The position numbers and the translations under genes are program-made. From contig OX597819.1 of NCBI GenBank assembly GCA_951406725.2, forward strand, positions 14,322,001-14,386,000: DNA of 64,000 bases, in the 5' to 3' direction. A model generated the notes under the pieces. It was not told the DNA's origin and searched no databases. It worked only from the letters and a program-made list of their open reading frames with translations. The stretch is from Octopus vulgaris (Eukaryota). This document shows positions 15,116 to 30,899 of the stretch, in pieces (the stretch's first letter is position 1; every line of letters begins with the position of its first letter).

Positions 15116-15796
15116 CGATAGATAGATAGATACATACATACATACATACATACATACATACATACATACATACATTCGTACACACATACATACGTACGTA
15201 CATACATACATACATACATACATACACATATACATACATACATACATACATACATACATACATACATACATAATGCATGCATACATACATACATACATAC
15301 ATACATACATACATACATACATGCATACATACATACACACATACATACATAAGATTGAATTTATAAACATAAGAGTAATCCTTCCTTGAGGTCCGATTAT
15401 GGACGGCATCACTACTCTGAGTATCTGGGTTTGTGTTACCATTAGGGTGACAAAAAGAGTCACCCGTTTCATAACGAGAAACTAAGAGTAGCGAGAACCA
15501 CGGTTTCCAACATATGTATACATACGTACATACGTACATACATACATACATACATACATACATACAAACATACATACATACATACATACATACATACATA
15601 CATACATACATACATACATACATGCATACATACATAACATGCATACAGTCACATATACATGCAAATACACATGCATATATATAAACAGTGGACCAATCTA
15701 TGAGGCTCTCCCATTTTGTTTCTACCGCACACAAAAAGCATAGAAAGTATGTATTTACATAATTAGTTCACCTTCACTAGGGTTTTCTTAAATTCA

Positions 15797-15861
15797 TATT
15801 ATTATTGTTGTTGTTGTCGTTGTTATTATTATTATTATTATTATTATTGTTTTTGTTGTTG

Positions 15862-15896
<35 letters not shown>

Positions 15897-15965
15897 GTTG
15901 TTGTTGTTGTTGTTGTTGTTATTATTATTATTATTATAATTATAATTATTATTATTATAATTATA

Positions 15966-15997
<32 letters not shown>

Positions 15998-16032
15998 CAT
16001 TATTATTATTATTATTGTTTTTGTTGTTGTTG

Positions 16033-16094
<62 letters not shown>

Positions 16095-16139
16095 ATTATT
16101 ATTATTATTATAATTATAATTATTATTATTATAATTATA

Positions 16140-16186
<47 letters not shown>

Positions 16187-16250
16187 CATTATTATTATTA
16201 TTATTGTTTTTGTTGTTGTTGTTGTTGTTATTATTATTATTATTATTATT

Positions 16251-16289
<39 letters not shown>

Positions 16290-16328
16290 ATTATTATTAT
16301 TATTATAATTATAATTATTATTATTATA

Positions 16329-16372
<44 letters not shown>

Positions 16373-16427
16373 CATTATTTTTATTATTATTGTTTTTGTT
16401 GTTGTTGTTGTTATTATTATTATTATT

Positions 16428-16472
<45 letters not shown>

Positions 16473-16548
16473 ATTATTATTATTATTATTATAATTATAA
16501 TTATTATTATTATAATTATAATTATTATTATTATAATTATAATTATTA

Positions 16549-16615
<67 letters not shown>
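15797..16615. repeat. Higher-order (GTT)n(ATT)n array
   Basis: Blocks of about 180 bp with recurring ATA/ATC/TTT interruptions, repeated about four times. Confidence 0.9.
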
Positions 16616-16616
<1 letters not shown>

Positions 16617-16812
16617 GCCTTTGCACAGCTTCTAACGCTGTAGATGTACTACAGTGTCAGCTCTTCACTACCAGTGAACTAAGGTAACACCTCTTATTTT
16701 TCGAGCACCTTCCGGAGTATTCGATCTGTTTCAAGCAGTAGTTTTCTGCAAGTGCTCCACCCTTATTGCAGCTCATGTTTGTTCCACCTTCATCTCGAGA
16801 TTTTTGATCACT
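16616..16812 (-). mobile_element. R4/Dong-clade LINE 3' end
   Basis: HLQKTTA...ILRKVL plus a 3' UTR matching 25320-25500; ends in (AAT)n. Confidence 0.7.
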
Positions 16813-16814
16813 GT

Positions 16815-16887
<73 letters not shown>

Positions 16888-16922
16888 CCTACCTACCTAC
16901 CTATCTATCTATCTATCCATCC

Positions 16923-17002
<80 letters not shown>

Positions 17003-17777
17003 GTCTGTCTGTCTGACTTCTTGCATGTCTTCCCACCTGTCTGTCTGGCTTCCTGTCTGCCTGTCTGTCTGACTTCTTGCATGTCTTCCCACCTGTCTGT
17101 CTGGCTTCCTGTCTGCCTGTCTGATCGCCTGTCTGTCAATGTCTGTCTGTCAATATGTCTGTCTGACTGACTCAGTCTGTCTATCTGTCTGTCTGTCTGC
17201 AAGTATGTATATGTATCTACATTTCTCTGGGTGCATGTTTATATCTGTGCTGTTACACAACAGCAGCAGTAGCAGCAGCAGCAACAACAACAACAACAAC
17301 AACAACAACAAGAGATACCGCTGTGTATTTACTGAGCTATTTACTTATGAAGAAGTTGGACTGAATATTGCCATTGTAAACCATTTCCCCTAATGATCGC
17401 TGTTAGTGCTTGAGGGGGAGGAGGAGGAGCAGAAGCAGAAGAAGAAGAAGAAGAAGAAGAAGAAGAAGAACAACAACAACAACAAGAAAGGAAGGAAAAG
17501 AAGACAAGTGGAGATTATAGATCAATACTAGCACTCGTGTATTCCTCGACATCCGTTGTAAGTGTTAATATTGACCCAGTAACCTAGTGACCTAGTACCC
17601 TTCAAATATGCACACACACACACACGCACACACACACACACACACTCATACACACACATTTACATATGTTTATATTCCTATATATATATATATATATATA
17701 CGTACATACATATGAATGTGTGTTATTATATATATATATGCAGAGAGAGGGAGAGGAGAGAGAGGATATATATATAT

Positions 17778-17820
<43 letters not shown>

Positions 17821-18692
17821 CACACACCACCGAGCAGACGCCTTCTGACCTCCGTGTATTCTTGACATCTGTTATTCGCTTCATTTGTGATGATCGGCTA
17901 CCAGTTGTATTGCAAATGTACTTATGGACTGTTAGAAGGGAAAAAAAACAAAACAAAATAATAAACAGAACACAATCAGTAGAGAGGAGGAGAGAGAGAG
18001 AGAGGGAGAGGGAGAGGGAGAGAGAGAATGGGGGAGTGTCTGTGTGTTGATAGTTTTTCTCTTCTATTCTGGTGGTGTGTTTAAAAGATCATAAATATAT
18101 ATCTATCTCATTGAAAAAATATCGATAAAGCGAAGTGTAGTCGATAAGACGCCTGCAAGTTTAATTAGAATCTTTTAGATTGACATCGAACTGCCGCTGA
18201 AAACGCTGAAAACAATTGATTAAGATCGAAGTGATTTATTACTCAAAGATGCCATCTGCTTGAAAATCAAACAGTTAAGCTTACAGTAAAAAGTGTAACA
18301 ATAGGAAGAAAAAAAAAACCCTCCAGAAAATCTGATTCTTGAAAAATAGTATTAGTTTGTAATCAGATGGAACATTTTATCTTCTGTAGAAATTGAAAAA
18401 TTGGAAATAATGAATAAAGAAATTGATTAATTGTTATTCAGTAATGGAAGATGAGATTGTTCCACTGACGTCAGTCGATTCTGTTGAGAAATAGGTCGCT
18501 TAATAGAAGTTATAGGGTGGCAAATTGACCGAGTCGGAGAGTATTTTTTTGGTAAATATTCCGGTTCTGAGCGGTCTGAATTGAAATTCTGTAGATTTCG
18601 AGCCTCAATAAAAAAATTACCAGTCAAAAAACTGGGATCAGGTGGGGGTTTTTTTCCTCTTACCATTGGACTATCACGCAGTATTAAACCAG

Positions 18693-19077
18693 TGGAGGCG
18701 CAATGGCCCAGTGGTTAGGGCAGCGGACTCGCGGTCATAGGATCGCGGTTTCGATTCCCAGGCCGGGCGTTGTGAGTGTTTATTGAACGAAAACACCTTA
18801 AAAGCTCCACGACGCTCCGGCAGGGGATGGTGGTGATCCCTGCTGTACTCTTTCACCACAACTTTCTCTCACTCTTACTTTCTGTTTCTGTTGTACCTGT
18901 ATTTCAAAGGGCCGGCCTTGTCACTCTCTGTGTCACGCTGAATATCCTCGAGAACTACGTTAAGGGTGCACGTGTCTGTGGAATGCTCAGCCACTTACAC
19001 GTTAATTTCACGAGCAGGCTGTTCAGTTGATTCGGATCAACCGGAACCCTCATCGTCGTAACCGACGGAGTGCTTCC
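18693..19077 (+). mobile_element. SINE family C
   Basis: Near-identical to 6156-6534. Confidence 0.85.
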
Positions 19078-19261
19078 TAAAGTATTAAACTTTAGGATGG
19101 GAAAATACTGTAGGAATATACATACTTTATAAACTTCCAGACGAATTTAGAAGAGCAATTATGGGATCATGATGATATCCTCAAAATCAACAGGCAACCA
19201 TCTGCATCAAAAGATTAACACGAAGATACTAACACAAAAAGATGCAACAAAAAACAGTCAA

Positions 19262-19845
19262 AATTTCATTTACATTATTTACATTTGACGGAAATTTGTT
19301 ATCGTATTTCGTTTTTGGATTTGGTTTGCAAGATTCTTTATGTGAGTTCGTGTGTTGAAGCATATTCTGTTGTGTCTGGGGAGAGTCATTTTCTTTTTGT
19401 GCCTTATTATGTAACACACACACACCAGTAAAATTTCCACTTTTTTTTCTTATTTTTATTTTCCTAAAATTTTCGTTGCGTCTTGCAACCTTTTCAAAAC
19501 TAATGAAAAGGTTGCAAGAGGCAACGAAAATTTTAGGAAAATAAAACTAATAAATAAATGGAAATTTTACCGGTGAGTGTGTTAAATTATAAGGGACCAA
19601 AAGAGAATGACTCTCCCCAGACACAACAGAATATCCTCATCTTGTTTGCTGTTAACACAACATTTCGGCTGATATACCCTCCAGCCTTCATCAGGTGTCT
19701 TGGGGAAATTTCGAACTTGGGTTCTCCTTCCTAAGGTATTTTTCTGTTTTCCCTAACACACCTGATGAAGGCTAAACAAAGAAGATGAGGACTCCGTCAA
19801 ATGTAAATAATGTACATAAATCTTCATCTCTTAAAAATAGAACTG
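19262..19845. mobile_element. Penelope-like inverted-repeat cluster with hammerhead (19654-19699, minus)
   Basis: ~135-bp inverted arms at 19362-19496 and 19504-19634. The minus-strand hammerhead is the same family as 11493-11538, and the CCGTCAAATGTAAATAATGTA tail is shared. Confidence 0.65.
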
Positions 19846-19869
19846 AGTTAAAATTTTATACCGACAAAT

Positions 19870-20170
19870 GACCAGTGGTGGCACATGGGGTCGCGATCGA
19901 GGGATCGCAGGTTCGAATCTCAGACCGGGCGGTGTGTGTATTTATGAGTGAAACATCTAAGCCCCACGCGGCTCCGGCAGAAGGTAATGGCGAACTGCTG
20001 CTGACTCTTTCGCCACAACTTTCTCTCACTCTTTCCTCCTACATCTAGCAGCTCACTTGCAACGGACCGGCGTCCCGTACAGGTGGGGAACCTATACGCC
20101 AACGAAACCGGGAAACCAACCCTAATCAGCCAGGCATAGCACGAGAAGGAACAAACAATAACAACAAACA
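19870..20170 (+). mobile_element. SINE C head joined to a different (V-domain-like) body
   Basis: Diverged family C head, then GGACCGGCGTCCCGTACAGG...GAAACCGGGAAACC and an (AAC)-rich tail. Confidence 0.55.
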
Positions 20171-20646
20171 AATGAACACGTGACTGTTGATTCTGTGAAA
20201 AAAATCCTTTGGCGGGAAGTCTACAGTATATAAGAAACAAGAGGGATACCAAATGTAAATGTTGGTTTATAAAACAAGTTTGGATAGAAAGAGTCGACGG
20301 CTTCCTGTAGGATTCGAAACCACATCTGTTGACATGATGGTGTGTGTGTGAGTGTGTGTGTGTGTGTGTGTGCGTGTGTGTGTGTGTGTGCGTGTATTTA
20401 TATTCTTTTATTTGTTTCCGTCATTTGACTGCGGGCATGCAGGAGCAACGCCTTTAGTTGAACAAATCGACCCCAGGACTTATTCTTTGTAAGCCTAGTA
20501 CTTATTCTATCGGTCTCTTTTGACAAACCGCTAGGTTACGGTGACGTAAACACACCAGCATCGGTTATCAAGCGATAGTGTACACACACACAGATCGCTA
20601 CTCACTACACATTCTTTATTTTCTCTCCTTGTTTCTTTTTGTGTTC

Positions 20647-20682
20647 CTTTCTGAGGAAGAGCGTAGGCTCGAAACGTTAAAG
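20647..20682 (+). ncRNA. Minimal type I hammerhead ribozyme motif, intact core
   Basis: CTTT CTGAGGA A GAGC-GTAG-GCTC GAAA CG TT AAAG. Confidence 0.75.
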
Positions 20683-21310
20683 ACTCTTTCACTTCCCGAG
20701 CGTTAAACTAATACATGCTTTTTTTGTCTACACCACCTGTCTTCGACTTTTGTTTTTTCGAAGTTTTCTATCTTCGGACAAGAACCAGATTATCCTCGCA
20801 ATTTCGGCTGATTATTCTTGAGATTGCTCCAATCTGGCTAGCCCCAAGGAAAAACTAAACTATGAGCATTAGATTCCTTGGAAAAAGCAGCGAATGTATA
20901 CAAAAACTAGGACGGAAAAATCGGACAATGTTACACAAATATAAATACAATAAAAAGTACAATAAAAAATAAGAGGCTTCTTTCAGTTTCCGTCTACGAA
21001 ATCCACTCACAAGGCTTTGGTCGGCCCGAGGCTATAGAAGATGACACATGCCCAAGGTGCCACGCAATCAGACAGAACCCAGAAGCATGTGGTTGGAAAG
21101 TAAGTTACTTACCACACAGCCATCTCTGCACCTAAACCTAGTGGTTCGACAAAACAGACCGATATCTCCAGTACCAAGCTATAAAAAAATAATAAGTATT
21201 TGAGTTGAATCGTTCGACTAAAATTCAACATGGTGCCCCAGCATGGCGGGAGTCTTCTGACTGAAAGAAGCATAAAATAAAGAATAGAACAACACACACA
21301 AACACACACA

Positions 21311-21385
<75 letters not shown>

Positions 21386-21641
21386 ATATGTATGTATGTA
21401 TGTATGTATTTGTGTGTCTGTGTTTGCCCTCCCATCATCGCTTGACAACCGATGCTGGTGTGTTAACGTCCCCATAAAGTAGCGGTTCGGCACAAGCGAT
21501 CGATAAAATAAGTACTCTGCTTACAAAGAAAAAGTCCCCGGGGGGTCGATTCGTTCTACTGAAGGCGGTCCTCCAGCATGGCCGCAGGCAAATGACTGAA
21601 ACAAATAAAAAGAATAAAAAAACATCAATAACACTCACACA

Positions 21642-21773
<132 letters not shown>

Positions 21774-22214
21774 CACACTCACACACAGCCAGCCATGGAT
21801 ACACGTGTGTGTGTGTGTGTGTTCCTATCCTTCATATTCTGCTGCTCTTAAAATAGAGGCTGAGTGAACGTATCTCACTTCGTTAAGGTATTCCATGTAT
21901 TTACACTCTTCAGCTCACAACTGGACCTTATTAAAAACGGTGGTAGTAGTAGTGGTGTTGGTGGTGATGGTGGTGGTGGTGGTGATGGTAGTAGTATAGT
22001 AGTGGTGGTGGTAGTGGTAGTAGAAGTAGTAGTAGTAGTGGTGATAGTATTAGTAGTAGTAGTGGTGGTGGTAGTAGCAGTAGTAGTGTTGGTGGTGGTG
22101 GTAGTAGTAGTGGTAGTAGTAGTAGTAATAATAGTAGTGGTAGTAGTAGTAGCAGCAGCAGTATTTTTGTAATCGTAATCATCATCAGCTGCAATGAAAC
22201 ACTACCGTCAACAT

Positions 22215-22252
<38 letters not shown>

Positions 22253-22539
22253 GTAGTAGTAGTAGTACTACTACTACTACTACTCCCCCAGCTGCTGCTG
22301 CTGCTTCAGTTGTACTCGTAGTGTTAGAACCACTACTATTACTGTGGTGGTATAAATCTCTTATTTCATCATCATCTTCCCCTCTCCCTCCTCCTCATTG
22401 TTGTAACAATAATAATAACATTAATAAAAATAATAATAAAAATAATAATGATGATGATGATGATGATGATTTCTTTACTAACTACGAGGGTTTACATTAA
22501 GAAAAACATTATGGACAGCACAGGACAAAACAAAGAATA

Positions 22540-23510
<971 letters not shown>

Positions 23511-23647
23511 GCGCCGAGGTCGACGTTGCCTTTTAATTTTTCGGGGTCGATAAATTAAGTACCAGTGAAACACTGGGGGAAGGGGGGGCAATGTAATCGG
23601 ATCACCCCTCCCACAAAATTCCAGGCCTTGTGCTTTTAGTTGAAAAG

Positions 23648-23738
<91 letters not shown>

Positions 23739-23904
23739 TTCGGCGACTTCGATTTTGCTTTTCATCCTTTCGGGGTCGAGGAAATTAGTACCAGTTACGC
23801 ACTGGGGTCGATGCAATCGACCGGCCGCCGCCCCCAGAAATGTGAGGCCTTGTGCCAATAGTAGAAATGATTATCGTTATTATTGTTGTTGTTGTTATGA
23901 TTTT

Positions 23905-23939
<35 letters not shown>

Positions 23940-24351
23940 TAGCAGCAGCAGCAGTAGTAGTAGTAGTAGTAGTAGTAGCGGTAGTAGCAGCAGCAGCAGC
24001 AGAAGATAGTTGTGAGATATCTGATGGTGGGGAAAGTGCAAGTAGAGATAGACAGATAGATAGAAAGAGAGAGCAAGAGAGGTAGATGGGATGAGAGAGA
24101 GAAAGAGAGAGGTGGAAAGAGGATGACAGAGAGAGAGAGAAAGAAAAGAGAGAGAGAGAGTGAGAGAGAGTGAGTTGCCAACGATAACGCCAACTTAGAC
24201 GATGATGATGGCGGCGTGTGTGTGAATACATAATATATATGCTCACACACTCACACATACACACTCACACACACATACACATGCATACATATATCATATA
24301 TATATATGTATGTATATACATATGTATTTATACATATATTTATATGTATGC

Positions 24352-24398
<47 letters not shown>

Positions 24399-24999
24399 TG
24401 TATGTACACACACACACACACACACAAGAAGAAGACTGCGAAAGAATTGCGAAGAAAATTGTGTCAGAAACGTAGACGTCGCTTGTAGGTGAGAGGTAGA
24501 GAGATAGATACATAGACACACAGACACACACACACACACACGCACACACACACACAGAGGCACACACACATACACACACATACATATACATATATGTAGA
24601 GAGATAGAATGAAGAAGAGGGGAAGGGAGAGAAAGAGGGAGAGGGTGTGCTGGATGTTGAAGTTAATTGATCCGTCTATGCGAAATAGAAGTGGTATGCC
24701 ATAGACATTACTCTCGCCGGCTTCTGTGATTCAGCTCTCATTTCTGTGAGCTAAAGATGGCGTCCATTTGGAGCTGGCCCAATAACCAGTACTTTACCAC
24801 TTAACTCACTCCTGAAGCTTCTTTTCAAAGAGCAACTGGATGAAACATGTTAAGAATCTTTCTAGGAAGTAATAGGTTTATCATCTCAGCTCAAAAATCA
24901 ACGATAAGGGCGACCAAACTTTTAATTAATTCTTGGCATCCCAGCATCTCTCTGTCTTCGTATTATAGAAACTGTTCACGCTAGAAATTTTTACTCCAC

Positions 25000-25050
<51 letters not shown>

Positions 25051-25319
25051 GTTATTGTTGTTGTTGTTTTTATTATTATTATTATCAAGGCGGTGAGCTA
25101 GCAGAATCGTTAGCGCACCGGGCGAAATGCTTGGCAGTGTTTCACCCGTCCCTACATTGTGCGTTCAGATTCCGCCAAGGTCGACTTTGCTTCTTTTTTC
25201 ATCCTGTCGAGGTCGATAAAATAAGTACCGACTAAGCACTGGGGTCGATGTAATCGACTAAATCTCCTCTCTCAAGCTGCACTTGTGGCAAAAATTTGAA
25301 ATCATCATCATCATTACTA

Positions 25320-26061
25320 TTGCCTTTGCACAGCTTCTAACGCTGGTGACGTACTACGGTGGCAGCTGTTCACTACCAGTGAACTAAGGTAACACGCCTT
25401 ATTCTTCGAGCACCTTCCGGAGTATTTGAGCGGTTTCAAGCAGTGCTGTTTTCTGCAAGTGCTCCACCCTTATTGCAGCCCCTTTTTATTCCATGTACTT
25501 CTCAAGATTTTTACTCACTGTTCCCAGGGCTCCAACAATTATTGGTACTACTGCTACCCAAGCTAACCTGTCATATCTCTCGACTTTTCTTTCTTCCTTA
25601 TTGCACACCTTGTTGTCAGCTGGGCAATATCTATGATGCAGCATAGTTTTTCTTTCTCAATCAAGACTATGTCCGGCTTCCTATTCTCTGTCTCATGGTT
25701 GCACTGAGTCATAAAACCCCATAGGATCTTTGCATTTCTATTTTCGACAATGCCTTCAGGTTTATGGTCGTACCAATTTTTTTCTCTGTCAAGTCCATAC
25801 TTCTTGCAAAGTGTCCAATGGGCAAGCCTGGCTATATTGTCATGGTGTCACTTATATTCCTTCTTGGTTAGTGGCGTATATTTTGCTGGTAATATGCCAT
25901 ACGGATTCATCATCTTGTCCACAAATTCTGCAATTATCATTTTCTGCTGTGTTGTCAATTCTGTATTTATATGTAGTTTGTTCTTAATGCTTGCTCTTGG
26001 GCAACACAGATTAGAGCCTCCGTTTCCGGTTTTAAATCACTTTTAGTCATCCACATCCATC

Positions 26062-26064
<3 letters not shown>
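25320..26064 (-). mobile_element. R4/Dong-clade non-LTR retrotransposon 3' fragment (restriction-like endonuclease), degenerate
   Basis: DLKPETEALICVAQEQALRTNY...CRICGQDDESVWHI...HDNIA...RKPDIVLIEKEKLCCIIDIA...VVPIIVGALG...LQKTALLETAQILRKVL. This is a CCHC knuckle plus PD..D nuclease, flanked by TAA repeats. Confidence 0.85.
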
Positions 26065-26130
<66 letters not shown>

Positions 26131-26132
<2 letters not shown>

Positions 26133-26532
26133 GGCGGCGAGCTGGCAGAATCTTTAGCACGCTGGGCTAAATGCTTAGCGGTATTTCGTCTGCCGCTACG
26201 TTCTGAGTTCAAATTCAGCCGAGGTAGACTTTGACTTTCATTCTTTCGGGGTTGATTAAATAAGTACTAGTTACGCACTGGGGTCGACGTAATCGACTTA
26301 ATCCGTTTGTCTGTCCTTATTTGTCCCCTCTGTGTTTAGCCCCTTGTGGTTAGTAAAGAAATAAGAAATAGGTATTTCGTCTGTCTTTACGTTCTGAGTT
26401 CAAATTCCGCCGAGGTGGGCTTTACATTTCATCCTTCCGAGGTCGATTATAGTACCAGTCAAGTACTGGTGTCGAGGTAAATGGCTATTCCCCACCCCAC
26501 AAATTCCAGGTCTTGTGCCTATAATAGAAAGG
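26131..26532 (+). mobile_element. SINE A dimer (tail-1 monomer joined to headless tail-2 monomer)
   Basis: Junction AAAGAAATAAGAAATA|GGTATTTCGTCTG at about 26370. Confidence 0.8.
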
Positions 26533-26551
26533 ATTATTATCATTATTATTA

Positions 26552-26612
<61 letters not shown>

Positions 26613-26615
<3 letters not shown>

Positions 26616-26866
26616 TCAGTTGTATATTTTTTTTATATCGTGCTTTCACTACCGAGCACAGCTCTGTGTGCCTTGGGTATGTGCTGTGATTTGTTGTGAT
26701 GCTCTGATGGTTATTGTATGGAAAGTGTTCTGCGTAGGATGTGTGCAGTGCCTAGTAGTGCAATTTTCTGTATGTTATATGTGTTTGTAAGTCCTGGTGT
26801 TTTTGTTATGTATTTGTCTGAATATTTTTTTATCATGCCTAATGCACCTATTATGATAGGAATTAT
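26613..26866 (-). mobile_element. R4/Dong-clade 3' end, second family
   Basis: IPIIIGALGMIKK...IQKIALLGTAHILRRTLSIQ*, then a short UTR and (AAT)n. Confidence 0.75.
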
Positions 26867-26947
26867 TTCTTCTTCTTCTTCTTCTTCTTCTTCTTCTTCT
26901 TCTTCTTCTTCTTCTTCTTCTTCTTCTTCTTCTTCTTCTTCTTCTTC

Positions 26948-27000
<53 letters not shown>

Positions 27001-27219
27001 TTCCACAATCTCCTCCACCACCTCTCCCCTTCCCCCCCCTCCCCCTCCTCTTCCTCCTCCTCCTCCTCCCCTCCTCCCCCTCTTTCATACGTTGTTGTTC
27101 TTTTCTTGCACGTTTTCTCTTAGACATTAAACTCTTACATAAGAGAATTTATAACGGAGTCTTCCTCATGTTCTCTTACATCTTAATTCCAGAAATTTAC
27201 GAGTTTCTGTGAGTTTGTG

Positions 27220-27339
<120 letters not shown>

Positions 27340-27475
27340 CGTGCGAGCGTATAATTTCATTTCGTCGCTGGAAGTACGATAAAACGCAACGAAAATCTCT
27401 GAAGAATGACGAGGTGCAGACATATAATTGAAGTATGCACCTGTATTGAGTACATTTTTCTATAGATCACACACA

Positions 27476-27507
<32 letters not shown>

Positions 27508-27813
27508 TACACACACACACACACACAACTTCTGCTGTGCTAACCCTCTGTAAACAAGCTTTCGCTTACAAGCACGAAGACAGGAATTTTTAATCGTTGC
27601 ACAAAATTACAGCTTATCGCACGTGAAATATTATACACTCACTCCTATTTACACATACACACATACATTCTCACATACATGCCTGCAATTCGTATATGTC
27701 TATATCTATATATACACATACATACACACACACACATATATACTTATATATACATACATACATATATACATAATTATATATACATATATACATACTTATA
27801 TATACATATATAC

Positions 27814-27868
<55 letters not shown>

Positions 27869-27992
27869 TACATACATACATATACATTCCTTAATTCCTA
27901 AATATTGTCGTATCTATCTATATACATACACACACACACACACATACATGCATATATTCATACACATCCATATATATATATATATATATGTA

Positions 27993-28037
<45 letters not shown>

Positions 28038-28103
28038 GGAGAAAGTGAGAGAAGAGGGAGAGAGACAAAGGCCGAAAGAAAGAGAGCGAACTTGATTAAA
28101 TGG

Positions 28104-28146
<43 letters not shown>

Positions 28147-28148
28147 TG

Positions 28149-28611
28149 CTAGCAGTAGTACCCGGTGTTGCCCCTGTTAAAAGACAGTATCAGAAAAACA
28201 CACGAGGTCCATTGTTTGCTTTAAAAGGGCGTAATCTGGGTGTGAAGATTGCAAATGTGTGATGAGCAAGAAAGAGGGCCTCATATTTAATAAAATGAAT
28301 AACTTTAAACATTATAAACTGTGCCAATGTGGATAGTCCTGACTGTCTGAAATTGTAAACTTTGTAATTTTCGCGGTGACGGGAAAGGAAGTTATAAATG
28401 TGTGCAAACTTTAATTGGTCCCTGCATTAATAAAGAGCGCGTGATCAGCAATATTTCTCTAATATTGTTTTAGACGAGTCTCTGATAGGTTTCCGTTGAT
28501 GTAGTCCATGTCTTTGTCCTTCAAGGGATGCCGCCGAGCATTTTTTGTGAAGCGTCGTTGCAAACACCTGGCCTGCGACCTGGAACATAAAGACTAACAT
28601 ATACACCCTAA

Positions 28612-28613
<2 letters not shown>
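28149..28613 (-). mobile_element. Non-autonomous Helitron-like element
   Basis: Minus strand starts A|TC and ends ...GGGGCAACACCGGGTACTACTG-CTAG, similar to the 3' end at 48995-49023. Confidence 0.55.
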
Positions 28614-28667
<54 letters not shown>

Positions 28668-28668
<1 letters not shown>

Positions 28669-29070
28669 TCTTTACTCTTTTACTCTTTTACTTGTTTCAG
28701 TCCTTTTGACTGCGGCTATGCTGGAGCAACGCCTTTAGTCGAGCAAATCGACCCCGGGACTTATTCTTTGTAAGCCCAGTACTTATTCTATCGGTCTATT
28801 TTACCGAACCGCTAAGTGACGGGGACGTAAACACACCAGCATCGGTTGTCAAGCAATGCTAGAGGGACAGACACACAAACACACACACACATACATATAT
28901 ATACATATATACGACAGGCTTCTTTCAGTTTCCGTCTACCAAATCCACTCACAAGGCATTGGTCGGCCCGAGGCTATAGCAGAAGACACTTGCCCAAGAT
29001 GCCACGCAGTGGGACTGAACCCGGAAACATGTGGTTGGTTAGCAAGCTACTTACCACACAGCCACTCCTG
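28668..29070 (-). mobile_element. SINE family B
   Basis: Full-length family match. Confidence 0.85.
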
Positions 29071-29307
29071 TATATACACGTATATATTCAGAGTTTTTAA
29101 AGTGCTCCTTGCATTAAATATGACATCCCTTGCTATAACTGCTAGAGATACACTAAATGGAGACGGAGATGTGCTTGTTTGTGATGCGGCTAATTATGTT
29201 GTACAGTTGATTATCATTAACGTCATTATTTACAAGCTAACTCAACCAGCTTTTATCGTAAATGTAGTCGTTCTGTTTTCCGCCTCATTTTCTGGAAGAG
29301 TGAGAAA

Positions 29308-29353
<46 letters not shown>

Positions 29354-29712
29354 CAAAAAGAAAGAAAGAGAGAATGAGAGAGTGAGAGAGAGAGAGAAAG
29401 CTAAGCATGCCATACTTTTCAAAAGGTATTCTGGCTTTGGTATCTATAAAATTCTTTCTATTATTGGCACAAGGCCTGAAATTTTGAGGTAGGGTGTAGT
29501 CGATCGCAGTACTTGACTGGTACTTAATTTATCGACCCGAAAATGATGAAAGGCAAAGTCAACGTCGGCGAAATTTCAACTCGGGACGTAGCGGCAGACG
29601 AAATACTGCAAAGAATGCTAACGATTTTACCAGTTCGCCGCCTTCATAATAATAATAATGATAGAAATAATAATGATAATAACAACAACAATAAAAAATA
29701 ATAATAACGATG

Positions 29713-29746
<34 letters not shown>

Positions 29747-29900
29747 CAACAACAACAACAAAGAAATAATGATGATGATGATGATGATAATAATAATAAT
29801 AATGATAATAATAATAATAAAAAAAAAATAATAATAATAATAATAATAATAGAAATAATAATGATAATAACAACAACAATAAAAAATAATAATTATGATG

Positions 29901-29973
<73 letters not shown>

Positions 29974-29979
29974 TAATAA

Positions 29980-30343
29980 TCCTTTCTACTATAGGTACGG
30001 TGCTAGTTATTTGGGGGTACTGGTACTTAATTTATCGACCCCGAAAAGTTGAAAGGCTAAGCCGACCTCGGCGGAATTTGAACTCAAAACGTTGCGGCAG
30101 ACGAAATACCTATTTCTTTACTACCCACAAGGGGCTAAACACAGAGGAGACAAACAAGGGCAGACAGACGGATTAAGTTGATTATATCGACCCCAGTGCG
30201 TAACTGGTACTTAATTTATCGACCCCGAAAGGATGAAAGGCAAATTCGACCTCAGCGGAATTTGAACTCAGAACGTAGCGGCAGACGAAATAACGCTAAG
30301 CATTTCGCCCGGCGTGCTAATGATTCTGCCCGCTCGCCGCCTT
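29980..30343 (-). mobile_element. SINE A dimer
   Basis: Same AAAGAAATA|GGTATTTCGTCTG junction at about 30110. Confidence 0.75.
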
Positions 30344-30346
30344 AAT

Positions 30347-30390
<44 letters not shown>

Positions 30391-30392
30391 TA

Positions 30393-30896
30393 CCGTAAAT
30401 CCTCGAGTATAATCCGCATTTTCCCCCAAAATTTAAAGGTCAAAATCCCTAGTGCGTACTGTATATGAGGTTAAAAATGAAAAATATTTTCTAAGCAATG
30501 TCCGAGTCGGGCAATGTTTATTCAGACGCATTTTGTTATGTCGGGAGCGAAAATACCTTAAGCTAAGCCTGAAAGCAATGAAGTCATAAAAGAATCATCT
30601 TTAACTTGCAGTAAGCAACATTTATTAAAATAAAAGTATTCAGAACACAGAATAACATGTAACAAAAACAATTTGCATATTTACATTCCCATATAACAGT
30701 TAAGAACATCACAATTATTGTATTACGCATGCGCGGAAGTGTTTGTTCGACTAGGTGCTGCCGTTTTAATTACGCACGACTCAAGTTAGAGAAGGGGTGC
30801 GTATTATACAAAAGGTTTAGGCTTTTCAGAGGTACATCCCCCTAAAAATACCCTGCGTGTTATACTCAAGGGCGGACTATACTCGAGGATTTACGG
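30393..30896. mobile_element. pogo/Tigger-type MITE
   Basis: TIRs CCGTAAATCCTCGAGTATAATCCGC / GCGGACTATACTCGAGGATTTACGG, with TA on both sides. Confidence 0.85.
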
Positions 30897-30899
30897 TAA

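Noticed and set aside
20780-20890. Minus-strand stem followed by GAAA
   Set aside because: No CUGANGA-like core upstream.
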